From an uncultured delta proteobacterium (GTDB lineage: Bacteria; Desulfobacterota; Desulfobacteria; Desulfobacterales; Desulfosalsimonadaceae), in assembly GCA_963826785.1 (NCBI GenBank), contig CAWGYD010000001.1, forward strand, positions 320,001-384,000: a stretch of 64,000 nucleotides of DNA, written 5' to 3'. Positions 50,326-60,180 of the stretch are shown piece by piece; the stretch's first letter is position 1; each line of letters begins with the position of its first letter. The notes below the pieces were generated by a model. That model saw only the letters and a program-made list of their open reading frames with translations, was not told where the DNA came from and searched no databases. The position numbers were made by a program, and so were the translations under genes.

Positions 50326-51111
50326 ATGAAAACAGCCGTTGTTTCAGGCGCTTCGAAGGGCATTGGCGCTGCCGTAGCTTCCGCTCTTGTTGAAAACGGA
50401 TATAAGGTCTGGGGCTTGTGCCGCACTAAACCAGCCGACAAAAAAATCTGTTTCCTTTCCTGCGATGTCACCGATGCAAAACGCGTGGGCGAATGCTTCA
50501 AAACAGTATTTGACACTGACGGGAAAATCGACATTTTGATCAATAATGCTGGCATGGGCATTTCCGGAGCGGTTGAATTTGCCTCTGACAAAGATATAAA
50601 GCACCAGATGGAAGTGAATTTCATGGGAGCCGTAAACTGCGTGCGGTCTGCAGTTCCTTATATGCGTGAATCAGGCGGAGGAAAAATATTATTCACATCA
50701 TCCCTTGCAGCCGTCTTTCCGTTGCCATTTCAAGCTTATTATTCGGCAAGTAAAGCGGCGGTCAGCATCTTTAGTGATGCTTTGCGGCTGGAAACATCAC
50801 CGTTTAAAATCAAAACCTGTTCGTTGCTTCTCGGCGATATAAAGACCGCATTCACGTCAAACAGAATTAAAAATGATAGGGGGGATGCGGTCTATTCGGG
50901 CCGCATATCGAAATCGGTTGCCGTAATGGAACGTGATGAGCAAAACGGGATGTCTCCGGATTCTGTTGCGAAGATAGTGGTTTCGCTTCTTGGCAAAAAA
51001 CACCTTCCATCCAAGAAGGTGGTGGGATTCAATTATAAATTCTTTTATCTTCTTTCAAAAATTCTACCGTCATCTCTTACCCTCAGGATCGTTGGCCTGA
51101 TTTATGCGTGA
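50326..51111 (+). CDS. SDR oxidoreductase (AT-richer, likely acquired)
   Basis: SGASKGIG, NNAG and YSASK. Codon usage is visibly AT-richer than the flanks. Confidence 0.88.
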   Translation: MKTAVVSGASKGIGAAVASALVENGYKVWGLCRTKPADKKICFLSCDVTDAKRVGECFKTVFDTDGKIDILINNAGMGISGAVEFASDKDIKHQMEVNFMGAVNCVRSAVPYMRESGGGKILFTSSLAAVFPLPFQAYYSASKAAVSIFSDALRLETSPFKIKTCSLLLGDIKTAFTSNRIKNDRGDAVYSGRISKSVAVMERDEQNGMSPDSVAKIVVSLLGKKHLPSKKVVGFNYKFFYLLSKILPSSLTLRIVGLIYA

Positions 51112-51275
51112 GGTTATCGCTCAGGGGATAGGGGATAATATGCGGATAACTTGTCAGCATCTGTTTAATATTGCCTCTCAAACCCCCTGAACACTGGATC
51201 TGGCAATCCCCACCCGCGATAGATTTCCAGGAATGCCGGTCCATAGCCGGAATATGCATCGGGAGCAAAACATCT

Positions 51276-51420
51276 TTAAGTCAATGGCCACTCGACCGTG
51301 ATGGCGGTTCCATGGCCGGGCCCGGATTCAATCTTAAAATTTCCGCCTGAAAGCTCAACGCGCTCTCTCATGCTGGTCAACCCGAGCCCTTGCCGATGAT
51401 TTTCCATGTCAAATCCCACC
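51276..51420 (-). pseudogene. C-terminal remnant of a NarX/DegS-type histidine kinase HATPase domain
   Basis: GFD...GLGLTSMRERVELSGG.F.IES.PG.GT.I with no upstream kinase sequence. Confidence 0.7.
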
Positions 51421-51672
51421 CAATGAGGATCGGTATGTATGAATTGAGTAATCGAGGAGCAAGGGCAATGAATCTTAAAGAGGAACTTGAACACCTCATT
51501 CCTGGTGTCGAACAAAGCCCGTGGCGGAACCATGAGCATGACCGAGGATATGGAGTCTTCGGTTTCGTACAAGAAGAGAACTGGGGGTATCTGAACATTA
51601 TGCCGGAGGATGATGCAGATTCGTCATGACTGTTTTTCTTGATCCTTAAAGATAATTACTTACTATTGGAAT

Positions 51673-52614
51673 ATGTCTATTTTCCAACAAAAAAGCTTAA
51701 TCGGCGCCCTCATCAAAGGCATGTGCATCCTGGCTGTAAGCTGGTTTGTGTTCATATGCGTTATTGTGCGCGCGGAAAATAAGGCGGACGCGTTTCCGGA
51801 GATGCCCCGGCCGGACCACGTTGTCATCGTGATCATGGAGAACAAGTCATTTTCTGACATTATCGGCAATTCGGAGGCACCGTATATCAATTCGCTTGCC
51901 CGGAGCGGAGCGCTTTTGTCCCGTTCTTACGGCATCTCCCATCCAAGCGAGCCCAATTATCTGGCATTGTTTTCCGGTTCTACCCAGGGAATTTATAGCG
52001 ACTCCTGCCCGCACACGTTTACCAGTCCGAATCTCGGGAGCGAACTGCTGGGCATGGGCCTGAGCTTCGGTACATTTTCTGAATCGATTCCATCGACGGG
52101 GTTCACCGGCTGTGTCCACGGCCAGTATTACCGCAAGCACAACCCGGCGGTGAACTGGCAGGGCGTAAATATCCCTCCTGAAACAAATTTGTCTTTTTCA
52201 AGCTTTCCATCAGATTACAACCTGCTGCCCACAGTGTCCCTGGTCATCCCCAACATCATCAACGACATGCATGATGGGAGTATTGCCGCGGGCGATAAGT
52301 GGCTAAAGGATAATCTGGATGGTTATATCGCATGGGCACGCACCCACAACAGCTTGCTGATTCTGACCTGGGATGAAGGCAAAACCTGGTTTGGCTTTAT
52401 AGGGGGCAATCATATCCCCACCATTCTGGTCGGAGAGGATGTGCAAAATGGCGTGTACAATCGGCGGGTGGATCACTATGACATGCTGAGAACCATTTTG
52501 GAAATGTACGGATTGAATCCAATCGGTAAAAGTGGAGATGCCAGGCCGCTTGTGGACATATGGAAGAAATCAGAATCCAATCAACCGGCGGATAGTGCAC
52601 GAAAGAACTTCTGA
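51673..52614 (+). CDS. Secreted phosphoesterase / acid phosphatase (SapM-like)
   Basis: HVVIVIMENKS, HPSEPNYLALFSG, Y.RKHNP, NDMHDG, TWDE and DHY. Confidence 0.88.
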   Translation: MSIFQQKSLIGALIKGMCILAVSWFVFICVIVRAENKADAFPEMPRPDHVVIVIMENKSFSDIIGNSEAPYINSLARSGALLSRSYGISHPSEPNYLALFSGSTQGIYSDSCPHTFTSPNLGSELLGMGLSFGTFSESIPSTGFTGCVHGQYYRKHNPAVNWQGVNIPPETNLSFSSFPSDYNLLPTVSLVIPNIINDMHDGSIAAGDKWLKDNLDGYIAWARTHNSLLILTWDEGKTWFGFIGGNHIPTILVGEDVQNGVYNRRVDHYDMLRTILEMYGLNPIGKSGDARPLVDIWKKSESNQPADSARKNF

Positions 52615-52670
52615 AAGGCTTGGTTTTTAGGGAGTTTCTGTATCGGATGGGATCTGCTTGGATTGTAATT

Positions 52671-52693
52671 TGGTGGTCCGAATGGGAATTGAA
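52671..52693 (-). mobile_element. Degenerate duplicate of the tRNA-Glu 3' end (att-like site)
   Basis: TGGTGGTCCGAATGGGAATTGAA versus TGGTGGTCCCAACGGGAATCGAA at 53699-53721: 20/23 identical, same orientation. Confidence 0.75.
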
Positions 52694-52772
52694 AAGAAAG
52701 GATAATAGTCTGATAAATAAAATAATAAGGAGTTTGATTTTAAAAAACGCGCCCGAATTGGAGATTACTTTT

Positions 52773-53015
52773 TTACAGATAAGAATAAAACTCTTGTTTA
52801 GTTAATCCGGATTGTTCAATCATTTTGCCAAGCAACCTGTGCCCGTATTTTTCTTTTTTACTTTTCATATGGTCCACTGTCACAATTCGCCTCTTGCCAT
52901 TTACGTATCCCTCCCATTGGGCGTGACTTGCCTTCTGGCGCTTTACTGTAAATCCTGCTTTGGTTAAGATTTGTTCAACTTGCTGGCGGTCAAGAGGCGG
53001 GAATTTTTCTCCCAT
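52773..53015 (-). CDS. hicA: HicA-family toxin (dsRBD-like mRNA interferase)
   Basis: 80 aa, IL.KAGF..KRQKASH...IVTV...L..MIEQSGLTKQEF. TAATG coupling with the upstream gene. Confidence 0.85.
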   Translation of the reverse strand: MGEKFPPLDRQQVEQILTKAGFTVKRQKASHAQWEGYVNGKRRIVTVDHMKSKKEKYGHRLLGKMIEQSGLTKQEFYSYL

Positions 53016-53353
53016 TAGCACTCATTGGCTAAGTGGAACGGAATAAACTCATTAAAAACGAGCTTATCCTTAAAATCGCGGAATGAAACAATTGCTTTAA
53101 TGCCGTAATAAATCAACCAGTCTTTAATTGGAGCTTTGCGGGAGAGCAACTCGGGAATGGAATTATGGTTATCTGTGTCTGTAACAGCCTCAATATAGCT
53201 ATATATCGTATCGGCAAGTTTCTCTTTTAAAGATTCGAGCGACTCTGCCTCTACCGCTATGTTGAGATCAAGGCAAACACCATACCAATCTCCAGAATCT
53301 AATCTATGCCCATAACACCGCAACACAAGTTTGCTAATTGAAATATTGGCCAC
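53015..53353 (-). CDS. hicB: HicB-like antitoxin (RNase H-like N-domain, no evident DNA-binding domain)
   Basis: WYGVCLDLNIAVEAESLESLKEKLADTI..YIE. GTG start with GGAG RBS. Confidence 0.7.
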   Translation of the reverse strand: MANISISKLVLRCYGHRLDSGDWYGVCLDLNIAVEAESLESLKEKLADTIYSYIEAVTDTDNHNSIPELLSRKAPIKDWLIYYGIKAIVSFRDFKDKLVFNEFIPFHLANEC

Positions 53354-53656
53354 GGCTCCACCCCCCAATCAATCGTTAATTTTTCATCCAAATTCAATAA
53401 TATATATTTTAATTTCATCGTCAAGGAAATTCTATAAATTTCACAATGCTTCCTCATTGACTCCAAGGGACATTTTCAACTTGTCCAACCCTTCTTTGCT
53501 TCAACCTGTTCCAATATTGCCCTGACTGGATGAATGATCAAGGGATAACCTGAAATTGTATTACCTCTGATTCAGGGTGGCTCTTCAAGGGGGCGATTTT
53601 GGAAAATGCTTCTTCAGGTTGGAAATAGCTTTGGAAAAGAAAATTCTAAAAATGTG

Positions 53657-53688
53657 AAAGGGGGTCACAGAATCGTTGTAACCCCCTT
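53657..53688 (-). terminator. Hairpin/terminator immediately 3' of tRNA-Glu
   Basis: Minus-strand AAGGGGGTTACA-ACGATTC-TGTGACCCCCTTT. Confidence 0.65.
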
Positions 53689-53698
53689 AAATTATTGC

Positions 53699-53774
53699 TG
53701 GTGGTCCCAACGGGAATCGAACCCGTGTTTTCGGCGTGAGAGGCCGACGTCCTAGGCCGCTAGACGATGGGACC
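53699..53774 (-). tRNA. tRNA-Glu (anticodon CTC)
   Basis: 76-nt cloverleaf GGTCCCATCGTCTAGCGGCCTAGGACGTCGGCCT-CTC-ACGCCGAAAACACGGGTTCGATTCCCGTTGGGACCACCA with encoded CCA. Confidence 0.97.
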
Positions 53775-53962
53775 AGAGAGGGTAAATCCGTGTGCGGGGC
53801 GGATGTCGATTCGTGCTGAAGTGAATGGGCGCCCGCCAAAATCTGCCAAAACATAGTCGGGCGGCGGACTTTTGTCAATTAATATTTCGCTGCATCGAAT
53901 CCGGTGCGGGCGGGTTTCCAAAGGACATGAAAAATAAGCGCCCTGGTGTTTCCGGCCGGGTT

Positions 53963-54172
53963 TTACTGGGGTTGCCGGACGCCTCGACGGAACCCGATAA
54001 TCAGATAGATCAGCCATCCCACAAAGGGGATAAGGGACACGATCCACCAGAAGATTTTTTCGCCGGTGGAGGGAAACTGCTTTACCGCGACATTGATCAG
54101 TGCCCACAGGGTCAGCAGAAAAAAAGGGATCGTTGCTGCGAACACCAGGGCGACTGTCTGGAGATTGATCAT
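53963..54172 (-). CDS. Small membrane protein with PLDc_N-like domain
   Basis: WALI...F....K.FW.IV..IPFVGWLIYL.IG.R. Confidence 0.8.
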   Translation of the reverse strand: MINLQTVALVFAATIPFFLLTLWALINVAVKQFPSTGEKIFWWIVSLIPFVGWLIYLIIGFRRGVRQPQ

Positions 54173-54175
54173 TAT

Positions 54176-55078
54176 TTAATAGCCTTTAAGTTTCTCCGAG
54201 ATATTCAAGACGGTGTTCACGTAATAGCTGCTGTGATTGTAATTGTATACCACCTTTTCGGCATCCTTCCGGCTGATGCCGGGAACCCATCCGTAATATT
54301 TAAGGTAATTGGCGATGCTGGCGATGGCGTCCGCATGGTGAAACAGGTTGACTTTTCCATCCTTGTTGCCGTCCTGGGCCAGAATGAGAATGTTGCTGGG
54401 CATGAACTGGGCGATCCCCATGGCACCGGCATATGAGCCGTTGATTTCAACGGGATCGATCTGCTCCCGGTCGGCATACTTGAGAAATGCCTTGAGCTCC
54501 TTGTAGGCCCACTCCGATTTCTGTTTCGCTTTCCGGTCATATTCCGCCCGGGTGATCCGGTTTTGAACCGGGATTTCATCCCAGAACTCCGCCTGAATTT
54601 TGGGATCGGACAGGGCCGCCATGGTGGCGAGGATCCCCAGGACCGAACGGTTGCCCACGTAAGTGCCCAGCCGGGTTTCCACCAGCATGATGGCTGTGAT
54701 CACGTGCCGGTCCACCCCGTATTCCATTTCCGCCTTCAACAGATCGGCATGATACCGCTCCATGTATTTTTTGGCCTTTGAAATGGAATCCTCCTGGAGG
54801 AACTGGTCGTAATTGAGCTTGCTTTCCTGGTGCCGGAAGTACGATGAGATCCCCTTGACATCGAAATCCAGTTCCGAATTGTTGAATATGGCGGCGATCG
54901 CCTCCGGGTCGAATTTGTCATCGGGATCTGCGATGAGCCGCTGCTGGAGACTGTTGAAATTGAGCTCTTTTTCGGCCCGGCAAGCGGTAAAGGACAGGGC
55001 GATAAATGCAATGGTGAAAAACAGGTGAAAACAGCAGGTGATGAATGGTCTGGGATACAAACGGTTATAAGCGGTCAC
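54176..55078 (-). CDS. mltB: Lytic murein transglycosylase (MltB/SLT_2 family)
   Basis: VETRLG, GSYAGAMGIAQFMPS, DAIASIANYL and YNHS.YY. Confidence 0.9.
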   Translation of the reverse strand: MTAYNRLYPRPFITCCFHLFFTIAFIALSFTACRAEKELNFNSLQQRLIADPDDKFDPEAIAAIFNNSELDFDVKGISSYFRHQESKLNYDQFLQEDSISKAKKYMERYHADLLKAEMEYGVDRHVITAIMLVETRLGTYVGNRSVLGILATMAALSDPKIQAEFWDEIPVQNRITRAEYDRKAKQKSEWAYKELKAFLKYADREQIDPVEINGSYAGAMGIAQFMPSNILILAQDGNKDGKVNLFHHADAIASIANYLKYYGWVPGISRKDAEKVVYNYNHSSYYVNTVLNISEKLKGY

Positions 55079-55910
55079 ACTGCCTCCGGAATTGGGGTTT
55101 GTCGAATGATAAAGCGATCGGGTCTATTGGAATCTGATAGCGGCGCCGGCGATGAAAACCGGTCAGATGATGGTATCCGGATGCCTGCAGCAGTTTGATT
55201 GCTTTGTCAAAATGCTGCCCGACACTGTCCGGTCGGTGGGCGTCTGATCCGAGCGTCATTGGGATGCCTTTTTGCCGGCATTTTTCCACCAGCGCGGCAT
55301 CCGGATAACTCTCCTTAGCCGGGTGGTTGAACCCGCTGGTATTGAGTTCGACTACGATATTTTTATAGCTGATTATGTCCAGTATTGCATCAAGTTTTTC
55401 GAAAAAGCGGATAGTGGCGCGCCGGCCGAACTTCTTGACCACGTCTATGTGGCAGATCATGTCAAACCAGTCGCATTGAAGCATCGCCTCCAGGTGCTCA
55501 AGGTATGACTCGCAGATAAAGTCCATGTCGGCATTTTCCCTGGCTTCGGTCTGGCGGCTGCTGACCAGGTTGATGTCGTAAATAAAATGGACCGAGGCGC
55601 CGATGACATCGAAAGCCAACGGCGCGATGATTGCGGCGATGCGGCCGGCATTTTCGGGGTCGTAATCTATTTCCAGCCCCGCTTTTATGTCGATCCTATC
55701 CCTGTACCGGTGGGCCAGCCCCCGGACCGCATTGAGGTAAAGGGGAAGGTCGCCCGGCGTCATGGACAGATGACTTCCCCCCCTGTGCAGGGTGAGATGT
55801 TCCAGGAAGCAGATTTCCGAGAGCCCTTTTGCGACGGCTGCTTCGATGTACTGGATCATGCTTCCCCGGGCATGACGGCACAGGGGTGTGTGCATGTGGT
55901 AGTCGATCAT
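55065..55910 (-). CDS. PHP-family histidinol-phosphatase (HisJ/HisK family)
   Basis: DYHMHTPLC.HA.G, GLEIDY, SVH, ELNTSG and GSDAH. Confidence 0.88.
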   Translation of the reverse strand: MIDYHMHTPLCRHARGSMIQYIEAAVAKGLSEICFLEHLTLHRGGSHLSMTPGDLPLYLNAVRGLAHRYRDRIDIKAGLEIDYDPENAGRIAAIIAPLAFDVIGASVHFIYDINLVSSRQTEARENADMDFICESYLEHLEAMLQCDWFDMICHIDVVKKFGRRATIRFFEKLDAILDIISYKNIVVELNTSGFNHPAKESYPDAALVEKCRQKGIPMTLGSDAHRPDSVGQHFDKAIKLLQASGYHHLTGFHRRRRYQIPIDPIALSFDKPQFRRQCDRL

Positions 55911-56058
55911 GGCTAAAAAGAACTTTAAATCATTTGGAAAATCATTATAATAAACCCGTCGGGGCGCAACGGGGCAATGAATCGATCATGCCATTTGACC
56001 GCGGCGCTGTCAACGTGAACCGGCATGCTTGTGCGGCGCCGGAAAATGAATTGGGAAA

Positions 56059-57429
56059 ATGATAAAGAAAAGCAGCCTCAAAACTCTGTACTGCTGCCGG
56101 GAATGCGGGCATTCGGCCCCCAAGTGGATGGGCCGGTGTCCGGACTGCGGCGGGTGGGATACGTTTGTCCAGGAGCAAAAAAAAGAGGGGCGCCCCTATG
56201 GGTCGGCATCTTCAGCTACCGGTTTCGCCCGGCCGGTGCCCATCGATTCGGTGGTCCTGGAGGACGAATTCCGGATATCCACCGGGATCAATGAATTTGA
56301 CCGGGTCCTGGGGGGCGGGGTGATTCCCGGCAGCCTGGTGCTGATCGGCGGCGACCCGGGAATCGGCAAGTCGACCCTGCTGCTGCAGGTGTTTCATCAG
56401 CTGGCCAACAGCGGCCGCAAGGTGCTCTACGTGTCCGGGGAGGAATCGGTGCGGCAGCTGAAAATGCGCAGCCAGCGCCTCAATGCCGTATCCCCCAACA
56501 TGCTGGTGGTATCTGAAATCGATATGGAGTCGGTCCTGTCCATGGTGGATTCGGTCAAACCCGACGCCCTGGTGATCGACTCCATCCAGACCATGTATTC
56601 ACACGATGCGGGATCGGCCCCCGGCAGCGTCAGCCAGGTTCGGGAAGCCACCATGAAGCTGATGGTCATGGCGAAGAACACCAACGTGCCCACCTTTCTC
56701 ATCGGCCATGTCACCAAGGAGGGTGCCATCGCCGGGCCGCGGATCATGGAGCACATGGTGGACACGGTGCTCTATTTCGAGGGGGATCAGAATCATGTAT
56801 TCCGCATCCTGCGGGCGGTGAAGAACCGGTTCGGCTCCACCAACGAGATCGGGGTGTTTGAAATGAAGGAATTCGGCCTTGCCGAGGTGCCCAATCCCTC
56901 GGCCGTGTTCCTGGCCGAGCGGGCCGCCAATGCGCCCGGTTCGGTGGTGACCGCCTGCATGGAAGGCACCCGGCCGATCCTCATCGAACTGCAGGCGCTC
57001 ATCAGCAGCGCGGGTTTCGGAACCCCCCGGCGTACGGTGCTGGGTCTGGATTACAACCGGGTTTCCCTGCTGGTGGCGGTGATGGAGAAGAAACTGGGGC
57101 TGAACATGGCCGGCCAGGACATCTTCATGAACGTGGCCGGCGGGGTGAAGGTCACCGAACCGGCGGTGGACCTGGGGATCGCGGCCGCAGTGGCGTCGAG
57201 CTTTTTGGATCGCCCCATCCCGGAGGGGACCCTGTTGCTGGGGGAGGTGGGCCTGTCAGGAGAGGTGCGGGGGATCTCCCACCTGGAAAGCCGGGTCGCA
57301 GAGATCCGGAAAATGGGCTTTACCCGGTGCCTGGTGCCCGCCAGCAGCTTAAAGCCTCTGAAGAAGATGAGCGGTATCGAGCTGATCGGGATCCGGCAGC
57401 TCGCCGAGGTGATGGAAATCCTGTTTTAA
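56059..57429 (+). CDS. radA: DNA repair protein RadA/Sms
   Basis: C4 zinc finger, GDPGIGKSTLLLQ, KNRFG motif and Lon-like C-terminal domain. Confidence 0.97.
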   Translation: MIKKSSLKTLYCCRECGHSAPKWMGRCPDCGGWDTFVQEQKKEGRPYGSASSATGFARPVPIDSVVLEDEFRISTGINEFDRVLGGGVIPGSLVLIGGDPGIGKSTLLLQVFHQLANSGRKVLYVSGEESVRQLKMRSQRLNAVSPNMLVVSEIDMESVLSMVDSVKPDALVIDSIQTMYSHDAGSAPGSVSQVREATMKLMVMAKNTNVPTFLIGHVTKEGAIAGPRIMEHMVDTVLYFEGDQNHVFRILRAVKNRFGSTNEIGVFEMKEFGLAEVPNPSAVFLAERAANAPGSVVTACMEGTRPILIELQALISSAGFGTPRRTVLGLDYNRVSLLVAVMEKKLGLNMAGQDIFMNVAGGVKVTEPAVDLGIAAAVASSFLDRPIPEGTLLLGEVGLSGEVRGISHLESRVAEIRKMGFTRCLVPASSLKPLKKMSGIELIGIRQLAEVMEILF

Positions 57430-57549
57430 ATCTGAAAAATTCTGACTCCCCATTTCGTACAAGCGGGGCAGGGCGGGGCACCAAATCCCCTGAATCTCTC
57501 TTTAATGGATGCGGAAGGCCTTGACGCGGGGCGGTATTAGGTATAGAAA

Positions 57550-58206
57550 ATGGCAAAAAAGCAATCCAGACCCGGTAAGCTGAAAAGCCGGTATCAGACC
57601 GATTTTTACGCGCAGAAAGCCAAAAAAGAAAATTTCGCGGCGCGCTCGGTTTACAAATTAAAGGAAATCCAGCAGAAATATGCCCTGATCCGCAAAGGGG
57701 GCAGGGTGCTTGACCTGGGCTGTGCGCCGGGATCCTGGCTGGAATTTGCCGCAGAGATCACCGGTCCGGCGGGTTTAGTGACGGGGATCGATTTGAAACC
57801 GGTGGACCGCAGGTTTCCCTGCCATGTCCGGGTATTCACCGGCGATGTCCTGGAAATGGCCGGGGTGTCGGAAGGCGAGTTGGCGGATCGGATCGGGGAC
57901 GGCTTCCAGGCCGTGCTGAGCGACATGGCCCCGTCCACCACCGGACGCAAGGAAGTGGATGCGGCCCGGTCCTATCATCTCTGCCGGGCCGCCCTCAAGA
58001 TCGCGGAAAAAGCCCTGGAACCCGGCGGCAATTTCGTGTGCAAGATTTTCCAGGGGGAGGATTTCACCGATTTTGCGGCGTCGGTGCAGGGCGCTTTTGA
58101 GATGTCGAAAATTTTCAAACCGCAGAGTTGCCGCAAGGAAAGCAAAGAAATCTATATCATCGGCATGATGAAAAAAAAAGAGGAGGATCGAAATGTCAGG
58201 ACATAG
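57550..58206 (+). CDS. rlmE: 23S rRNA Um2552 methyltransferase RlmE
   Basis: [30 protein letters not shown] and KP.S.R.ES.E.Y. Confidence 0.93.
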   Translation: MAKKQSRPGKLKSRYQTDFYAQKAKKENFAARSVYKLKEIQQKYALIRKGGRVLDLGCAPGSWLEFAAEITGPAGLVTGIDLKPVDRRFPCHVRVFTGDVLEMAGVSEGELADRIGDGFQAVLSDMAPSTTGRKEVDAARSYHLCRAALKIAEKALEPGGNFVCKIFQGEDFTDFAASVQGAFEMSKIFKPQSCRKESKEIYIIGMMKKKEEDRNVRT

Positions 58207-58942
58207 CAAGTGGGCGAATATCAAGCATAAAAAAGGTGCTGAAGACGCCAAGCGGGGGAAAGTATTTACCAAGATCGTAAAAGAGATCATCGTGGCCGCC
58301 CGTACCGGCGGCGGTGACCCCACCGGCAACCCCCTGCTGCGCACCGCCCTGGCAAAGGCCAAAACCAACAATGTCCCCAAGGACAATATCGAGCGGGCCA
58401 TCAAGAAGGGGACGGGCGAACTGGAAGGGGCCAACTACGAGGAATCCACCTATGAAGGATACGGGCCCGGCGGCGCGGCCGTGCTCATTGAATCGCTTTC
58501 GGACAACAAGAACCGCACCGTGGCCGAGATCCGCCATATCTTTTCCAAGCACGCCGGAAATCTGGGGGAAAACGGGTGTGTTGGCTGGATGTTCGAAAAA
58601 AAAGGGTGGTTTGCTGTCAGCCGGAAAGACACGGACGAGGAAACCCTGATGTCCGTGGCACTGGACGCGGGGGCAGAAGACATCAAGGATGAAGGCGAAG
58701 ATAATTTCGAGATCATTACCGCGCCGCAGGATTTTGATGCGGTAAAGGAAGCGCTGGAAAAGGCTTCCATTCCCGTTGAAGATGCCGAAGTCACCATGCT
58801 GCCCCAGAACTATGTCAGCCTGACCGGCAAGGAAGCCGAGCAGATGGTTAAACTCATGGGCGCACTGGAAGACAACGACGATATCCAGAACGTCTACACC
58901 AACGCCGATATCGATGAGGAATCGATTCAGGAAATGGCATAG
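58193..58942 (+). CDS. yebC: YebC/PmpR family protein
   Basis: [23 protein letters not shown] and DDIQNVYTN. Confidence 0.96.
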   Translation: MSGHSKWANIKHKKGAEDAKRGKVFTKIVKEIIVAARTGGGDPTGNPLLRTALAKAKTNNVPKDNIERAIKKGTGELEGANYEESTYEGYGPGGAAVLIESLSDNKNRTVAEIRHIFSKHAGNLGENGCVGWMFEKKGWFAVSRKDTDEETLMSVALDAGAEDIKDEGEDNFEIITAPQDFDAVKEALEKASIPVEDAEVTMLPQNYVSLTGKEAEQMVKLMGALEDNDDIQNVYTNADIDEESIQEMA

Positions 58943-59056
58943 GCGCTGTTGCAGTATAGTTGGGGTTCAGTCCTTGAGGGGGGCGTTTTTCACCCCCCCT
59001 GTCCCCTCCCGTCATGGGAGGCGAATTTGAAAGCGATATTCCGCCAATGAGCGGAA

Positions 59057-59154
59057 TTCATTCCATCATTCCATCATTCCATCATTCCATCATTCCATCA
59101 TTCCATCATTCCATCATTCCATCATTCCATCATTCCATCATTCCATCATTCCAT
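59057..59154. repeat. 8-bp tandem repeat (TTCCATCA) x11 plus partial units
   Basis: Perfect array at 59061-59148, between convergent yebC and nadA. Confidence 0.95.
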
Positions 59155-59163
59155 TTTTTCCCC

Positions 59164-60066
59164 CTATTTCAATTCGATCATCCGCTGCACCGAGGAGAGG
59201 GCGGGCAAGCGGATTTCTTCGGGTACTCTGACTTCGTTTTCCAGGGTTTCCAGGGTGGACCGCACGTCGGCCACGGTGATTTTTTTCATGTCTTTACATT
59301 CCATGGCTTCGGATGCCGGGTAGAAGGTTTTTTCCGGATTCTTTTTTTTCAGGGGGTAGAGGAGGCCGACTTCGGTGCCCACGATGAATTCGCGCTTTGA
59401 GGATTCTTCGGCATACCGGAGCATGCCCGAGGTGCTGGTGACCACATCGGCGATATCCAGTACCTCCTGCCGGCATTCGGGATGGGCCATGACCACGGCA
59501 TCGGGGTGCGCAGCCTTTTGAGAAAGGAGCATTTCTGCACTCAGCTTGTCGTGAAAGGGGCAGTAGCCGTCCCATGCATGGATGATTTTGTCGGTTTTGG
59601 CGGCGGTGTAGGCGGCCAGGTTCCGGTCGGGAACCATCAGGACTTCTTTTTGGGGAAGGCTTTGCACCACTTTGATGGAATTGGCGGAAGTGCAGCAGAT
59701 AGTGGTCAGGGCCTTTACCGCTGCAGATGAATTCACATAGGTGACCACCGGCAGACCGGGGAATCGGGCCATTTTCGCCTTGAGCGCATCCGGGGTGACC
59801 ATGTCGGCCATGGGGCATCCGGCGGACCGGTTGGGCAGCAGCACCGTTTTTTCCGGGGAGAGGATGGATGCGGTTTCCGCCATGAAGTGGACCCCGCAGA
59901 AGACGATAATCTGCGCATCGGTTTTGGCGGCCCGGATGCTCAATTCCAAAGAATCGCCGCACAGATCGGCGATCTCCTGGATTTCCGGCGGCTGGTAGTT
60001 GTGTGCTAAAATGACGGCGTTTTTTTCCCTCGCCAGTTTACGGATGAGCTCTTTTTCTGAGGGCAT
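59164..60066 (-). CDS. nadA: Quinolinate synthase
   Basis: ILAHNYQ, GDSLEL, FCGVHFMAETA, GCPMAD, YVNSSA, CTSAN, HPEC and STSGM. Confidence 0.96.
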   Translation of the reverse strand: MPSEKELIRKLAREKNAVILAHNYQPPEIQEIADLCGDSLELSIRAAKTDAQIIVFCGVHFMAETASILSPEKTVLLPNRSAGCPMADMVTPDALKAKMARFPGLPVVTYVNSSAAVKALTTICCTSANSIKVVQSLPQKEVLMVPDRNLAAYTAAKTDKIIHAWDGYCPFHDKLSAEMLLSQKAAHPDAVVMAHPECRQEVLDIADVVTSTSGMLRYAEESSKREFIVGTEVGLLYPLKKKNPEKTFYPASEAMECKDMKKITVADVRSTLETLENEVRVPEEIRLPALSSVQRMIELK

Positions 60067-60180
60067 GCGTTTTCCTGTTTCCGGGGCGGACACCCCAAGC
60101 CCCTGAAAGGGGATTTGGTTAATGATCGCGGTTATCCGCTTGCTCCGGCATAACCGAGGTTCTTTAAAAAGCAACAGGCG

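Noticed and set aside
51390..51629. Small ORF next to the kinase remnant
   Set aside because: No recognisable motif or convincing start, so it cannot be supported.
53370..53656. Integrase remnant inside the hicBA islet
   Set aside because: No tyrosine-recombinase motif could be read in any frame.
59014..59400. ORF with HHSIIPSF repeats
   Set aside because: It is a translation of the octamer tandem repeat running antisense into nadA.
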